Assembly: GCA_963823335.1 (NCBI GenBank)
Contig: CAWGLD010000001.1
Coordinates: 416,001-480,000, forward strand
Length of the DNA: 64,000 bases
Source: an uncultured delta proteobacterium
Lineage (GTDB): Bacteria; Desulfobacterota; Desulfobacteria; Desulfobacterales; B30-G6
Direction: 5' to 3'
In this document: in pieces, positions 42,184 to 51,171 of the stretch
Numbering within the stretch: the stretch's first letter is position 1
Layout of the letters: every line of letters starts with the position of its first letter
Made by a program: the position numbers and the translations under genes
Notes under the pieces: generated by a model
Seen by the model: the letters and a program-made list of their open reading frames with translations, nothing else
What the model was told of the DNA's origin: nothing
Database searches by the model: none

Positions 42184-42939
42184 TTACTGGGCCATAAATC
42201 CGCCATCCAGCACTAACGGATGCCCGGTAATGTAGGAAGATTTATCTGACACCAACCAGACAACCGCCTCCGCCACTTCCTCCATCGTACCCCTACGACC
42301 CATGGGCATAGGATACATTTTTTTTATAATTTCAGGATCATTTCCCTGATAGTGGCTCAGAGGGGTCAATATCGGCCCGGGACATACCGCATTAACCCGA
42401 ATGCCTGTTTCAGCATACTCCAATGCAGCATTACGGGTTAAGCCGATCACACCGTGTTTGCTGGCAACATAAGCGCTCAGGTCCAGCCAGCCCCCGAGGC
42501 CGTTTATCGAGGCTGCATTGACAATTGCCCCCTTGCCCTGGGAAACCATCTGCTGCAATTCATATTTCATGCATAACCAGACCCCTTTGAGATTGATATT
42601 CAGAACCCGGTCCCAGTCTGATTCGGGTAATTCGTGTATTTTGGCCTTGCCATGACTGATCCCGGCATTATTGAAAGCGCAGTCCAGTTGTCCAAAGGCC
42701 TCGACAGATCGAGCCACCATGGCCTCGACATCATGGGTCTTGGACACATCACACTTTATGAATACGGCCGTTCCGCCTTCATCTTCGATCTGTCGAAGGG
42801 TCTTCTGGCCGGCTTCGGCATCAACATCCACAACCGACACTTTAGCACCTTCCCGGGCGAAGAAGAGGGCCGTCATTTGACCGATTCCCGAACCAGCACC
42901 CGTCACCAAGCCGACCCTGTCTGCTAAAACACCACCCAT
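42184..42939 (-). CDS. Short-chain dehydrogenase/reductase
   Basis: TGAGSGIG, NNAG, YVASK. Confidence 0.95.
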   Translation of the reverse strand: MGGVLADRVGLVTGAGSGIGQMTALFFAREGAKVSVVDVDAEAGQKTLRQIEDEGGTAVFIKCDVSKTHDVEAMVARSVEAFGQLDCAFNNAGISHGKAKIHELPESDWDRVLNINLKGVWLCMKYELQQMVSQGKGAIVNAASINGLGGWLDLSAYVASKHGVIGLTRNAALEYAETGIRVNAVCPGPILTPLSHYQGNDPEIIKKMYPMPMGRRGTMEEVAEAVVWLVSDKSSYITGHPLVLDGGFMAQ

Positions 42940-42948
42940 TTGTCCCCC

Positions 42949-43644
42949 TCAGCTCTTGGCAATAAATTCTTCCACTTCATACACCACTACATTTTCAACT
43001 TGCTCAAAAAATTCCTTTACCAGGGACACCCCACCCGGAAGCATTTTGCGACCCAGCTCTTCCAGATCCAGATCCATATCGGCGTGGTTTGCCCACCAGG
43101 TTTCAATAAAGCCATAGATCTGCTCGTCACCCTTGATAACGCGGTTGATCCTGTTAATGATATACTTTTTCCGGGCGTAATCGGTCTGGGACGCGTTAAG
43201 TACATCCGTGGCATGCTTATGCGTATGATAATGAAAAAAATCATTACCATCAATGCCTTGCGCCAGCTGGTAGAAGGTCATGCGTTTGACAGAATCATGA
43301 TTGAGTTTATCCAGAGCGACGAACTCATCCACTTCAAAGCTGGTATAGCCAGTAACCCGGGAACCAAAATCATCCGAAACGCTCAGTCCATTCGGCAGGA
43401 TGGTCGTATTGAGACGTTGAAACGCACGATCGATATCAGCTTGATTTTCCCACCAGGTTTCCACCATGCCAAACCAGCGCCCCTCACCTGAAATCACCCG
43501 CCGTACCCGATTGATCGTATATCGCTTCAAATAGTCGCCAAAGGCTTTCCGGGCCTGCTCAGCATGAATCTGAGTGTGGTAGTGCCAAAATTCATCGCTG
43601 TCCACACCATCCGGCAGTGAGTAGACGCCCAGTCTTTTTATCAT
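42949..43644 (-). CDS. EthD-like protein with two tandem dimeric alpha/beta-barrel domains
   Basis: Internal repeat FW/FHYHTxxHA...YxINR...GxxETWW. Confidence 0.75.
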   Translation of the reverse strand: MIKRLGVYSLPDGVDSDEFWHYHTQIHAEQARKAFGDYLKRYTINRVRRVISGEGRWFGMVETWWENQADIDRAFQRLNTTILPNGLSVSDDFGSRVTGYTSFEVDEFVALDKLNHDSVKRMTFYQLAQGIDGNDFFHYHTHKHATDVLNASQTDYARKKYIINRINRVIKGDEQIYGFIETWWANHADMDLDLEELGRKMLPGGVSLVKEFFEQVENVVVYEVEEFIAKS

Positions 43645-43677
43645 TCGCTCTCTCCTTTTTGGCGGGCCATGGTCTTG

Positions 43678-45624
43678 TCAAATACCAATCGCGATCTCGG
43701 CTGCATCATGAACAGCTTTTCGATAGTCCCCTGGGGATTCGCAATCTCCGATTAAATAGACATGTTTCCTGCTTTTCGAAAGCATTTTCCCAAAACGGTT
43801 ATCAGGAACAACACCCACTGCCATCACAACCGTATCGAACCCATGCAATCGGCTCTCCTGTGCATATCGGTCCACCACCAGGTCCAGTTTACCCTCTATG
43901 GCGACAATGCTCCGGACTGCTGTGGATTCGAGAAAACGAAAATTCTTATCCGCCAGCTTGTCCAACAGAACCAGTTCGGCATCATGACTGATGTCAGACA
44001 AGATTCTCGGCAACATTTCCACAACAAGAACCTCCCGTCCGGGTTGGTGTAAGATCACCTCTGCTGTTTCAACCCCCATGGAGCTCCCGCCGATGACAGC
44101 CACCTTTGCTCCGATTTCAACCAACCCGGTCAAGACGTCCTCAGCAGTTACTACTCCTTCAAGACCCGTTCCCCCAATGCTCTTGGGAATCAAGGGGCGT
44201 GCTCCAGTCGCCACATAAATGATGTCCGGATTTAATGTCTCAACATCGTCAAGGGTCAATTCTCTGCCCAGCTGAACGGTAACGCCCAAACGTTGTAACT
44301 CCTTTTTATAGTATGTCAGCCACAAATCCTGATTATTCTTATGCTTGGGAATTTTTGCCAGTAACACCTTGCCACCCACCTGGTCTGCCTTCTCCACCAA
44401 TGTAACGACATGCCCTCGAAGAGCAGATATTCGTGCCGCTTCGAGCCCTGCCGGCCCAGCACCGATGACCAGCACATTCTTAACCGGTTCAACCGGCTTC
44501 AACTGGTCATCAAAAAGTCTTTCCTTGCCCACCGCAGGGTTGACCGCACATCGCATATCCTCAGGCCAAACTGCTGCACCCTTGGCACAACGCAGGCACG
44601 GACGGATCTCATCCAGCCGCCCCTGGCGAGCCTTATTGGGAAGCTCTGGATCCGCAAACAAAGGTCGGCCGATGGCAACCAGATCCGCCTTGCCATCTCT
44701 CAGAATCGATTCGGCAAAAACCGGATCCTCGATGGCACCACAGGCAATTACAGGAACACCGACAACCGATTTAATCCCCTCAGCCAGATAAACATTGTAG
44801 CCCTTGTCAATGCCGGCCGGCAGAAAGCTATACTGGGCGCTGGGAGCCATTCCTGCGGAAACGTGGATGATTTCCGCACCGGACATTTCGAGAATTCTGG
44901 CTATTTCCTTAGCATCATCCAGAGTGTTTCCGCCATTAATGTAATCGTGGCCGTTGATGCGTACACCGATCAACATGTCTTCACCAGCATGCTTGCGGCA
45001 ACTGGCCAGAATTTCACGCACGATACGGGTTCGCCCCTCGACATCACCCCCATATGCATCGGTGCGTTTATTCTGGTAAGGAGACAAAAATCCCGAGAGA
45101 AGATACCCGTGAGCGCAATGGATCTCAATGGCATCAAAGCCCGCTTCTTTGGCCCGGCGTGCAGCCTGGCCAAAATCTTCTACAATTGCTTGGATTTCTT
45201 CGACCGTCGGGGCCCTGGCCGGGTCCTTGCGCACAGGATCAGAAATCCCGGAGGGACTCAACGTCTCACCGCCGGCAATCAGGGCATAACGCTGCCGGCC
45301 TGAATGATATAGCTGGAGCGATACTTTTACATCGTATTTATGGATAGTTTCGACCAATTTCCGAAAACCAGGAATATACTTGTCATGGGTAATGGCCGTT
45401 TGGTTGGGATGTGAAGCACCATTTGGGTGAACATACGTGGCATTGACAATGATAAATCCCACACCGCCTCTTGCGCGGGCCTCATAATAATCAATCAGCC
45501 GTTCTTTAACATAACCCTCTGAACCGGGAATGTATATGGCCATGGGCGGCATGACAATGCGGTTGGCCAGCTCGAATGTTCGTAATTTTATTGGGTTGAA
45601 TAGATGGCTAAATTGGGTACTCAT
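43678..45624 (-). CDS. OYE-like FMN/FAD oxidoreductase, paralog 2 (Fe-S motif has only three Cys)
   Basis: HCAHGYL, NKRTDAYGG, CLRCAKGAAVWPEDMRC and GAGPAG. Confidence 0.93.
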   Translation of the reverse strand: MSTQFSHLFNPIKLRTFELANRIVMPPMAIYIPGSEGYVKERLIDYYEARARGGVGFIIVNATYVHPNGASHPNQTAITHDKYIPGFRKLVETIHKYDVKVSLQLYHSGRQRYALIAGGETLSPSGISDPVRKDPARAPTVEEIQAIVEDFGQAARRAKEAGFDAIEIHCAHGYLLSGFLSPYQNKRTDAYGGDVEGRTRIVREILASCRKHAGEDMLIGVRINGHDYINGGNTLDDAKEIARILEMSGAEIIHVSAGMAPSAQYSFLPAGIDKGYNVYLAEGIKSVVGVPVIACGAIEDPVFAESILRDGKADLVAIGRPLFADPELPNKARQGRLDEIRPCLRCAKGAAVWPEDMRCAVNPAVGKERLFDDQLKPVEPVKNVLVIGAGPAGLEAARISALRGHVVTLVEKADQVGGKVLLAKIPKHKNNQDLWLTYYKKELQRLGVTVQLGRELTLDDVETLNPDIIYVATGARPLIPKSIGGTGLEGVVTAEDVLTGLVEIGAKVAVIGGSSMGVETAEVILHQPGREVLVVEMLPRILSDISHDAELVLLDKLADKNFRFLESTAVRSIVAIEGKLDLVVDRYAQESRLHGFDTVVMAVGVVPDNRFGKMLSKSRKHVYLIGDCESPGDYRKAVHDAAEIAIGI

Positions 45625-45673
45625 ACCGCTTCTCCTCATCTGAATATGGCAACCTTTGGTATTGACTGAACGT

Positions 45674-46468
45674 CTAGTGTGATATGATTTGGCTTAAAAA
45701 CTGACAGGTTCGGTCATGCTCGGGACAATCAAAAAAGTCTTTCGGTGGTCTGTCTTCGATGATAAGACCTTCGTCCATCATCATGATCCGGTCGGCCACT
45801 TCCCGTGCGAAACCCATCTCATGCGTAACCACGATCATCGTCATGCCGTCTTTCGCCAGATCGCGCATGACATCCAGAACTTCCTTGATCATCTCTGGGT
45901 CAAGAGCGGAGGTGGGTTCGTCAAACATCATCAACTTTGGGCTCATGGCCAGCCCCCTGGCGATTGCGACACGTTGTTGCTGACCACCTGAAAGGGAAGC
46001 AGGCCTCGCATTTTCTTTTTCAAGGATACCCACCCTGGAGAGAAGTCTGCGGCCCAGATCTTCCGCCTCTTTCCTGGGTATCCCACGAACATCCATAGGG
46101 GCCATGATTACATTTTCCAGAACTGTTTTGTGGGGGAATAAATTGAACTGTTGGAACACCATCCCGGTTTCAGTTCGCAACTGGATCAGACGCTTCTTGT
46201 CTTTGACGGTAATACCGTCCACCACGATATCCCCTGAATCGATAGACTCCAGCCCATTGATACAACGGAGCATCGTGCTTTTTCCACAGCCACTCGGTCC
46301 GCAGACGACAACAACCTGGCCAAGCTTAATTTCGACGCTAATCCCGCGCAGAACATACAATTGGTCAAAGTGTTTATGGATATCCTGAATTGAGACAATG
46401 GGGTCGACTGTGGTGCCTGAATGAGCCGTTCGTGAAACAACTTTGGCGCGAAAAGATAGTATTCCCAT
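45674..46468 (-). CDS. Polar amino-acid ABC ATPase (GlnQ family)
   Basis: GPSGCGKST, LSGGQQQR and FDEPTSALDPE; start uncertain. Confidence 0.95.
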   Translation of the reverse strand: MGILSFRAKVVSRTAHSGTTVDPIVSIQDIHKHFDQLYVLRGISVEIKLGQVVVVCGPSGCGKSTMLRCINGLESIDSGDIVVDGITVKDKKRLIQLRTETGMVFQQFNLFPHKTVLENVIMAPMDVRGIPRKEAEDLGRRLLSRVGILEKENARPASLSGGQQQRVAIARGLAMSPKLMMFDEPTSALDPEMIKEVLDVMRDLAKDGMTMIVVTHEMGFAREVADRIMMMDEGLIIEDRPPKDFFDCPEHDRTCQFLSQIISH

Positions 46469-46791
46469 ACGTTCGTTCTCCCCAATGCCATCCGACACTA
46501 CTAATGGTTTGTGGACACTCGCGATGATTTATAATGACACGCTACCACGAGATCGACTATAGTTTGGTGAAGATAGTGTAATTTATTTTCAAAACTTTTA
46601 ATTGTCAAGAATAATTTTGAACATTAATTTAATTTTATAGCGGCTATTTGATTTTACTTGCAATATGCCCGCTTCACAATACCACAGCATTTGCGCTTTC
46701 TCCCCGAGGGGATGCAAGGACAACCTGTTCTTTCAGAAGGATGGCCATATTCTTGATAAGCATTTTGTGACATCCTCAAGGAATCTTTTAC

Positions 46792-46849
46792 TTGACTTTC
46801 AGTTTAAACGTTAATATGAAATCTAGATATATGTTATATTTTTAGATTC
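46792..46849 (+). promoter_or_regulatory. Putative tetR promoter and overlapping inverted repeat
   Basis: TTGACT-17 nt-TATGAA, then the AATCTAGATATA...TATATTTTTAGATT imperfect palindrome. Confidence 0.4.
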
Positions 46850-46875
46850 ATCCTATAATATTTGAACAGTTTTCT

Positions 46876-47511
46876 ATGACACCTGCAAAAGAAAAAAATA
46901 AGAAAGAAGCGAAAAAGACAAAACACAAAAGCTTCCGCGAAATCCGATATGAAGAAAAGAAGCTCGCCATCATAAAGAGCGCTGCCAAAGCCTTCGGTCA
47001 AAAAGGTTTCCACGCTGCAACAATTGAAGACATTACAAATGATTTAAAAATGACAAAAGGGAGCCTCTATTATTATTTTTCAACCAAAGAGGAGCTTCTA
47101 TTTAACGCGCATCTGCTATCATTGGAAAAAGTCCTCAAAAATATTATCCAGATAAACGCGAAAAATGACCCACCTGAAATAAAGCTCAAAACCGCCATCT
47201 CAAGACACTTGGAGGTGTTGGCAACGGATTTTGAAGGGGCTTTTCTACTCCAGTATGAATTTCATCTCCCCAACGAGTATCTCGATGAAATCATTGTCAT
47301 GCGGGATACCTACCAGAAAAATTTCATCCAAATCATTGAAGAAGGCATCCAGGCGGGTACGTTTAAATCCCAGAATGCCCGGATGGTAGCCTTCGTCATT
47401 TTAGGGTCCATCAACTGGTTTCTGAGGTGGTACTCCTCCACAGGCAGCTGGACTATTGAGGAAATCTCAGACGCTTATATCGATCTTTTCTGTAACGGCT
47501 TGTTGACCTGA
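46876..47511 (+). CDS. TetR-family regulator (KstR2-like C-domain)
   Basis: IIKSAAKAFGQKGF...KGSLYYYFSTKE; ILGSINWFLRWY. Confidence 0.92.
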   Translation: MTPAKEKNKKEAKKTKHKSFREIRYEEKKLAIIKSAAKAFGQKGFHAATIEDITNDLKMTKGSLYYYFSTKEELLFNAHLLSLEKVLKNIIQINAKNDPPEIKLKTAISRHLEVLATDFEGAFLLQYEFHLPNEYLDEIIVMRDTYQKNFIQIIEEGIQAGTFKSQNARMVAFVILGSINWFLRWYSSTGSWTIEEISDAYIDLFCNGLLT

Positions 47512-47583
47512 TCCTCGTCAGTCCTTCCTGATCCTTCTTTTTAACGTTACAATCTTCTCCAGCGGGCATACCATCTCCGATCT

Positions 47584-48003
47584 TTATCGGGTTTCCGGCA
47601 TGACATCCATGATCACGCCAAACTTGTGGGCCGCAACCATAAACGCCATGAATGCGCATAGAGCGGCAATTTCTTTCTCTGTAAAAAGGTCTTTGAGTGC
47701 ATTGAAGTCTTCATCCGTTATGGCGTGATGGTCTGTGACAAACGTTTTGGTCAACGCAAGCGCTGCTTTGATTTTAGGGTCTGGATGATCCTCATCCGGT
47801 TTTCCACCGATTACCATTCAATATCGGCAGCCATTCCCCCAGGCTGAGGCTCTTCGGACCTGCTCCAGCAACTCCGGGTCCAACGGCGTTGATGAAAAAA
47901 AGGCTTTCTCAAGCGCAACCCAACCCTTCAGGACTTCAATATTGTGACCAAGAAGCTTTTTAAATGGGGTCAATCCGTTTTTGGACAACGTAATCCGAGA
48001 CAT
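47584..48003 (-). CDS. AhpD/carboxymuconolactone-decarboxylase-family selenoprotein (CxxU), 139 aa
   Basis: ORFs 47818-48003 and 47584-47817 are contiguous and in frame: ...EQVRRASAWGNGCRY-TGA-MVIGGKP...; the TGA occupies the second Cys of the AhpD CxxC motif; hairpin follows. Confidence 0.85.
47785..47817 (-). promoter_or_regulatory. Putative bacterial SECIS element
   Basis: After UGA: AUGGU-a-AUC-GGU-[GGAAA]-ACC-g-GAU-gagg-AUCAU. Confidence 0.55.
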
Positions 48004-48028
48004 TCTCCGACTCCAGCTGATAATGAGT

Positions 48029-48493
48029 TCATTTAGAATTTATTGATGGATCCATTGTAGTACCCGCAAGTGATGAGCTGTCTTCAGGGCCAACATCCAT
48101 AAGCACACCGAATTGATGAGAGGCTGACACAAAGACCATAAATGCACACAACTCAGACATCTGCTTTTCACTGAAATGCGCTTTCATCTCCTTAAAGTCC
48201 GAGTCACCAATGGCTTTGGGGTTGCTCACGAATTTATCGGCCAAGGTAACTGCAAGCTGTGTAGAAACATCCTGATGCACCGCATCAGGCCGACCATTGA
48301 TGGCCATTCAATACCGACATCCAAACCCCCATGCCAGGGTCCGACGGACCTGTTCCAGAAGATCGGAATCAACCGAGTTTTTGTTTACAACCGCATCCAT
48401 CATGTGTCTGAATGCGTCGAGAATCTCCGGATTGTGACCAATAATTCGCTGATTCGGCGTGTCGCCAACTGCTGAAAAGCCAATACGGGGCAT
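48029..48493 (-). CDS. AhpD/CMD-family selenoprotein (CxxU), paralog, 154 aa
   Basis: ORFs 48308-48493 and 48029-48307 are contiguous and in frame: ...EQVRRTLAWGFGCRY-TGA-MAINGRP... Confidence 0.85.
48275..48307 (-). promoter_or_regulatory. Putative bacterial SECIS element
   Basis: After UGA: AUG-GCC-AUCA-au-GG-[UCGG]-CC-UGAU-gc-GGU-g-CAU. Confidence 0.5.
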
Positions 48494-48526
48494 AGATAAC
48501 TCCTGGTCATGGCAAACTGAAAATCG

Positions 48527-49159
48527 TCATGATGACTTACTGTCAGATGCAATTTCCAATCCCTTTTTAAATGCCGCAAGGTTTAATTCAAATTTTTTAT
48601 CATCGAACTGTTTCTTCAACACGGCGATAAAATCATTTTCCGATATGGGAAACAGATCCAGGCCGATGGCAACACCGCTCATAATTGTATTTGTAAGAAC
48701 GGGTGCTCCCATTTGCAGCGCAATTTCAGATGCATCAATAAATAGTGCTCGGCTTGAAAGCTTTTGTGCTGCATGGATTATCTCGTCCAGCTTCGGATAG
48801 TCAGCGCCTCCGGATGTAACATCAAATGGATAAGAAGGCCGGGTGTTCGAGATAACAACAACGGACGGGTTTCCCCAAGTACCCAGGACGCGCAAGGCCT
48901 CGACCGGTTCAAGACTGATAACGATATCCACCTTGCCACTGGGCGTCAGTGGGCTGTACAAGGACTGCTTGGATATTCGCAAATGGCTTGAAACCGGCCC
49001 CCCGCGCTGAGCGGCACCGTAGGTATCCCCGACGGTAACGGCAAAGCCTTTGTCTGTCAGTGCTCTTCCGAACAGTTGTGCCATCAGGACGTTACCTTGT
49101 CCGCCTACCCCGGTGATAATGGCATTCAAGGGATCTTTTTTCAGACGATGGTTATTCAT
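48527..49159 (-). CDS. iorB: Indolepyruvate:ferredoxin oxidoreductase beta subunit
   Basis: ITGVGGQG, GAAQRGGPVSSHLR, EPVEALR and NLAAFKKG. Confidence 0.9.
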   Translation of the reverse strand: MNNHRLKKDPLNAIITGVGGQGNVLMAQLFGRALTDKGFAVTVGDTYGAAQRGGPVSSHLRISKQSLYSPLTPSGKVDIVISLEPVEALRVLGTWGNPSVVVISNTRPSYPFDVTSGGADYPKLDEIIHAAQKLSSRALFIDASEIALQMGAPVLTNTIMSGVAIGLDLFPISENDFIAVLKKQFDDKKFELNLAAFKKGLEIASDSKSS

Positions 49160-51090
49160 TTATCTTTTCCTTTTTCGGCCTTCAAGGGCTTCAACAATAT
49201 CGCATCATGCCTGCAGACCTGGGCACAGACACCGCAACCAACACAAATGGCCTCATCGATCTTGGCCTTCTGCGCTTCGGCATCCCACATAATTCCCGGA
49301 CATTTAAATGCCCGGCTGCAATAGCGGTTACATCCGCAATCCTCGCCAACACATTTGCTTTGATCTACCCAGACATCGTAAAGCTTGCCGCTACGGGCCA
49401 TCTGCAGCGCACATTGCTGCCGCATGATCAAAACCCTCGGACCCTGCTTCTCATCATTCATAAAATCCAGGACTTTTTGGGTCGCCTCTTCACTGTTGTA
49501 GGGGTCAACGATATCCACACGAACACCGAGTGATTTGCATATATCTTCGATCAACACAGGTTTTGCAGGATGACCAAAGGTATCCGTACCGGTCCCGGGA
49601 TGGGGCTGAAAGCCTGTCATGGCGGTCGCACCATTGTCGAGCACCACCAACGTCAGGTTCGATTGATTGTTTACCGCGGTAACCAGGGCCGGAAGAGCGC
49701 CATGATAAAAAGTACCATCGCCCACGACGGCTACCACCGGTTGCTTCATATCAAATTGTCCCAGTTTCCCAAATCCGTACCCAACGCCCGGACCGGAGCC
49801 CATGGCCTGTTCCGTTTTCATGATGGAGTACCCGGACGGGAACAACCCAAAACTGTAGCAGCCGATATCACCCGTCACAAAACCATCACGCGTGTCCAGG
49901 ACTTCAGCATTTTTAATGGCCCAGTAACTGGCGCGATGCGGGCATCCGGCGCAGAGCGCCAGCGATCTTGGCGGCACCAGCCGGTCCACCATCTCTTTGG
50001 CCTGCCGATCATATTCAGGCGGTCTGGCTTCATATTTAATCGATAATATTTCGGTTAGGGCCTGAATAATAATATCGGGATTTAACTCACCGGTTGCGGC
50101 AAGCGGCCCGGTACGGCGGCCGTAAAACGTCGGCACCGGAAACTCGGATGCCCATTCCACAGCCAACTCCTTGAGATTGCCTTCCAAAAAGGGCTCTACC
50201 TCTTCAAGAACAAGGATTTTTTGATTGCTTGCCATGTGCTTTTTAATAAGTTCATCAGGAAGGGGCCAAACCGTTCCTATCTTCAGAATCCCCACCCGGT
50301 CCCAGAGATCCAGCAGGTTCATTGCGTCCAGTGAATACAGGTAGCAACTTCCACAGACGATAATGAGAAGTTCCGGATTTTCTGGTCCCTCGTAAAAGTT
50401 GAATACAGAATCCTTGCAAAGCGCCTTCGCCTGAGATAATTTCTCCCTGGCTTCAATATGCTTCGGCAATGACGGAAATGCCACAAACTGTCGTTCAGTG
50501 TCAAAATGCGCTTTGCGCTTCTCCTGGGGCAAGGCACCCAAAACCGTCCTTCCGCGTGCATGCTGCAAGCGGGTAGCGCTTCGAAGAAGAACCATCCGTC
50601 CGATCTTTTCGGAAAGCTCAAGAGCAAACGTGGTCATGTCTTTGGCCTCCTGAAACGTTCCCGGTTCCAGCAACGGGAAGTCGAGAGACCGGGCCAGGGG
50701 ACGTGAATCCTGTTCACTGGTGCTGGTAATCCCCGAGGGGTCGTCACACACCACCAGGACTAAACCACCTTTGGATCCGCTGGTGGAGATACCGGACACA
50801 AAATCCAAGGCCACGTTCAACCCATTCTGTTTCATGGCCGAAAGTCCCCGGAGCCCTGCAAAAGAGGCAGCAGCAGCTGTTTCAACCGCGACTTTCTCAT
50901 TGATCGACCATTCGACGTATATATTCATCTTTTCCGCCACCTGGCGAATCGCCTCGGTAATCTCCGTCGAAGGGTTTCCAGGATAGGAAGCCACCACATT
51001 CACGCCGCCTTCAAGTGCACCACGTCCAATGGCTTCACTGCCCAGGAGCAGCTCTACCCGGCCCTCTGTTTTATTTGAAATGTCCGCCAT
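49156..51090 (-). CDS. iorA: Indolepyruvate:ferredoxin oxidoreductase alpha subunit
   Basis: YPGNPSTEI, NEKVAVE, SEQDSR, LCAGCPHR, GDIGCY, GDGTFYH...DN (TPP) and a C-terminal ferredoxin. Confidence 0.93.
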   Translation of the reverse strand: MADISNKTEGRVELLLGSEAIGRGALEGGVNVVASYPGNPSTEITEAIRQVAEKMNIYVEWSINEKVAVETAAAASFAGLRGLSAMKQNGLNVALDFVSGISTSGSKGGLVLVVCDDPSGITSTSEQDSRPLARSLDFPLLEPGTFQEAKDMTTFALELSEKIGRMVLLRSATRLQHARGRTVLGALPQEKRKAHFDTERQFVAFPSLPKHIEAREKLSQAKALCKDSVFNFYEGPENPELLIIVCGSCYLYSLDAMNLLDLWDRVGILKIGTVWPLPDELIKKHMASNQKILVLEEVEPFLEGNLKELAVEWASEFPVPTFYGRRTGPLAATGELNPDIIIQALTEILSIKYEARPPEYDRQAKEMVDRLVPPRSLALCAGCPHRASYWAIKNAEVLDTRDGFVTGDIGCYSFGLFPSGYSIMKTEQAMGSGPGVGYGFGKLGQFDMKQPVVAVVGDGTFYHGALPALVTAVNNQSNLTLVVLDNGATAMTGFQPHPGTGTDTFGHPAKPVLIEDICKSLGVRVDIVDPYNSEEATQKVLDFMNDEKQGPRVLIMRQQCALQMARSGKLYDVWVDQSKCVGEDCGCNRYCSRAFKCPGIMWDAEAQKAKIDEAICVGCGVCAQVCRHDAILLKPLKAEKGKDK

Positions 51091-51171
51091 TCATTACCTC
51101 CACGTTCATTGCGTACCGGTCGTACCAAAATCATCAAGACGATTTAGAGAACATGTCCAAATCGCTGGCAA

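Noticed and set aside
47584-48493. Four independent small genes, or two nonsense pseudogenes
   Set aside because: The same-position TGA at the CxxC cysteine in two diverged paralogs, plus downstream hairpins, is better explained by selenocysteine
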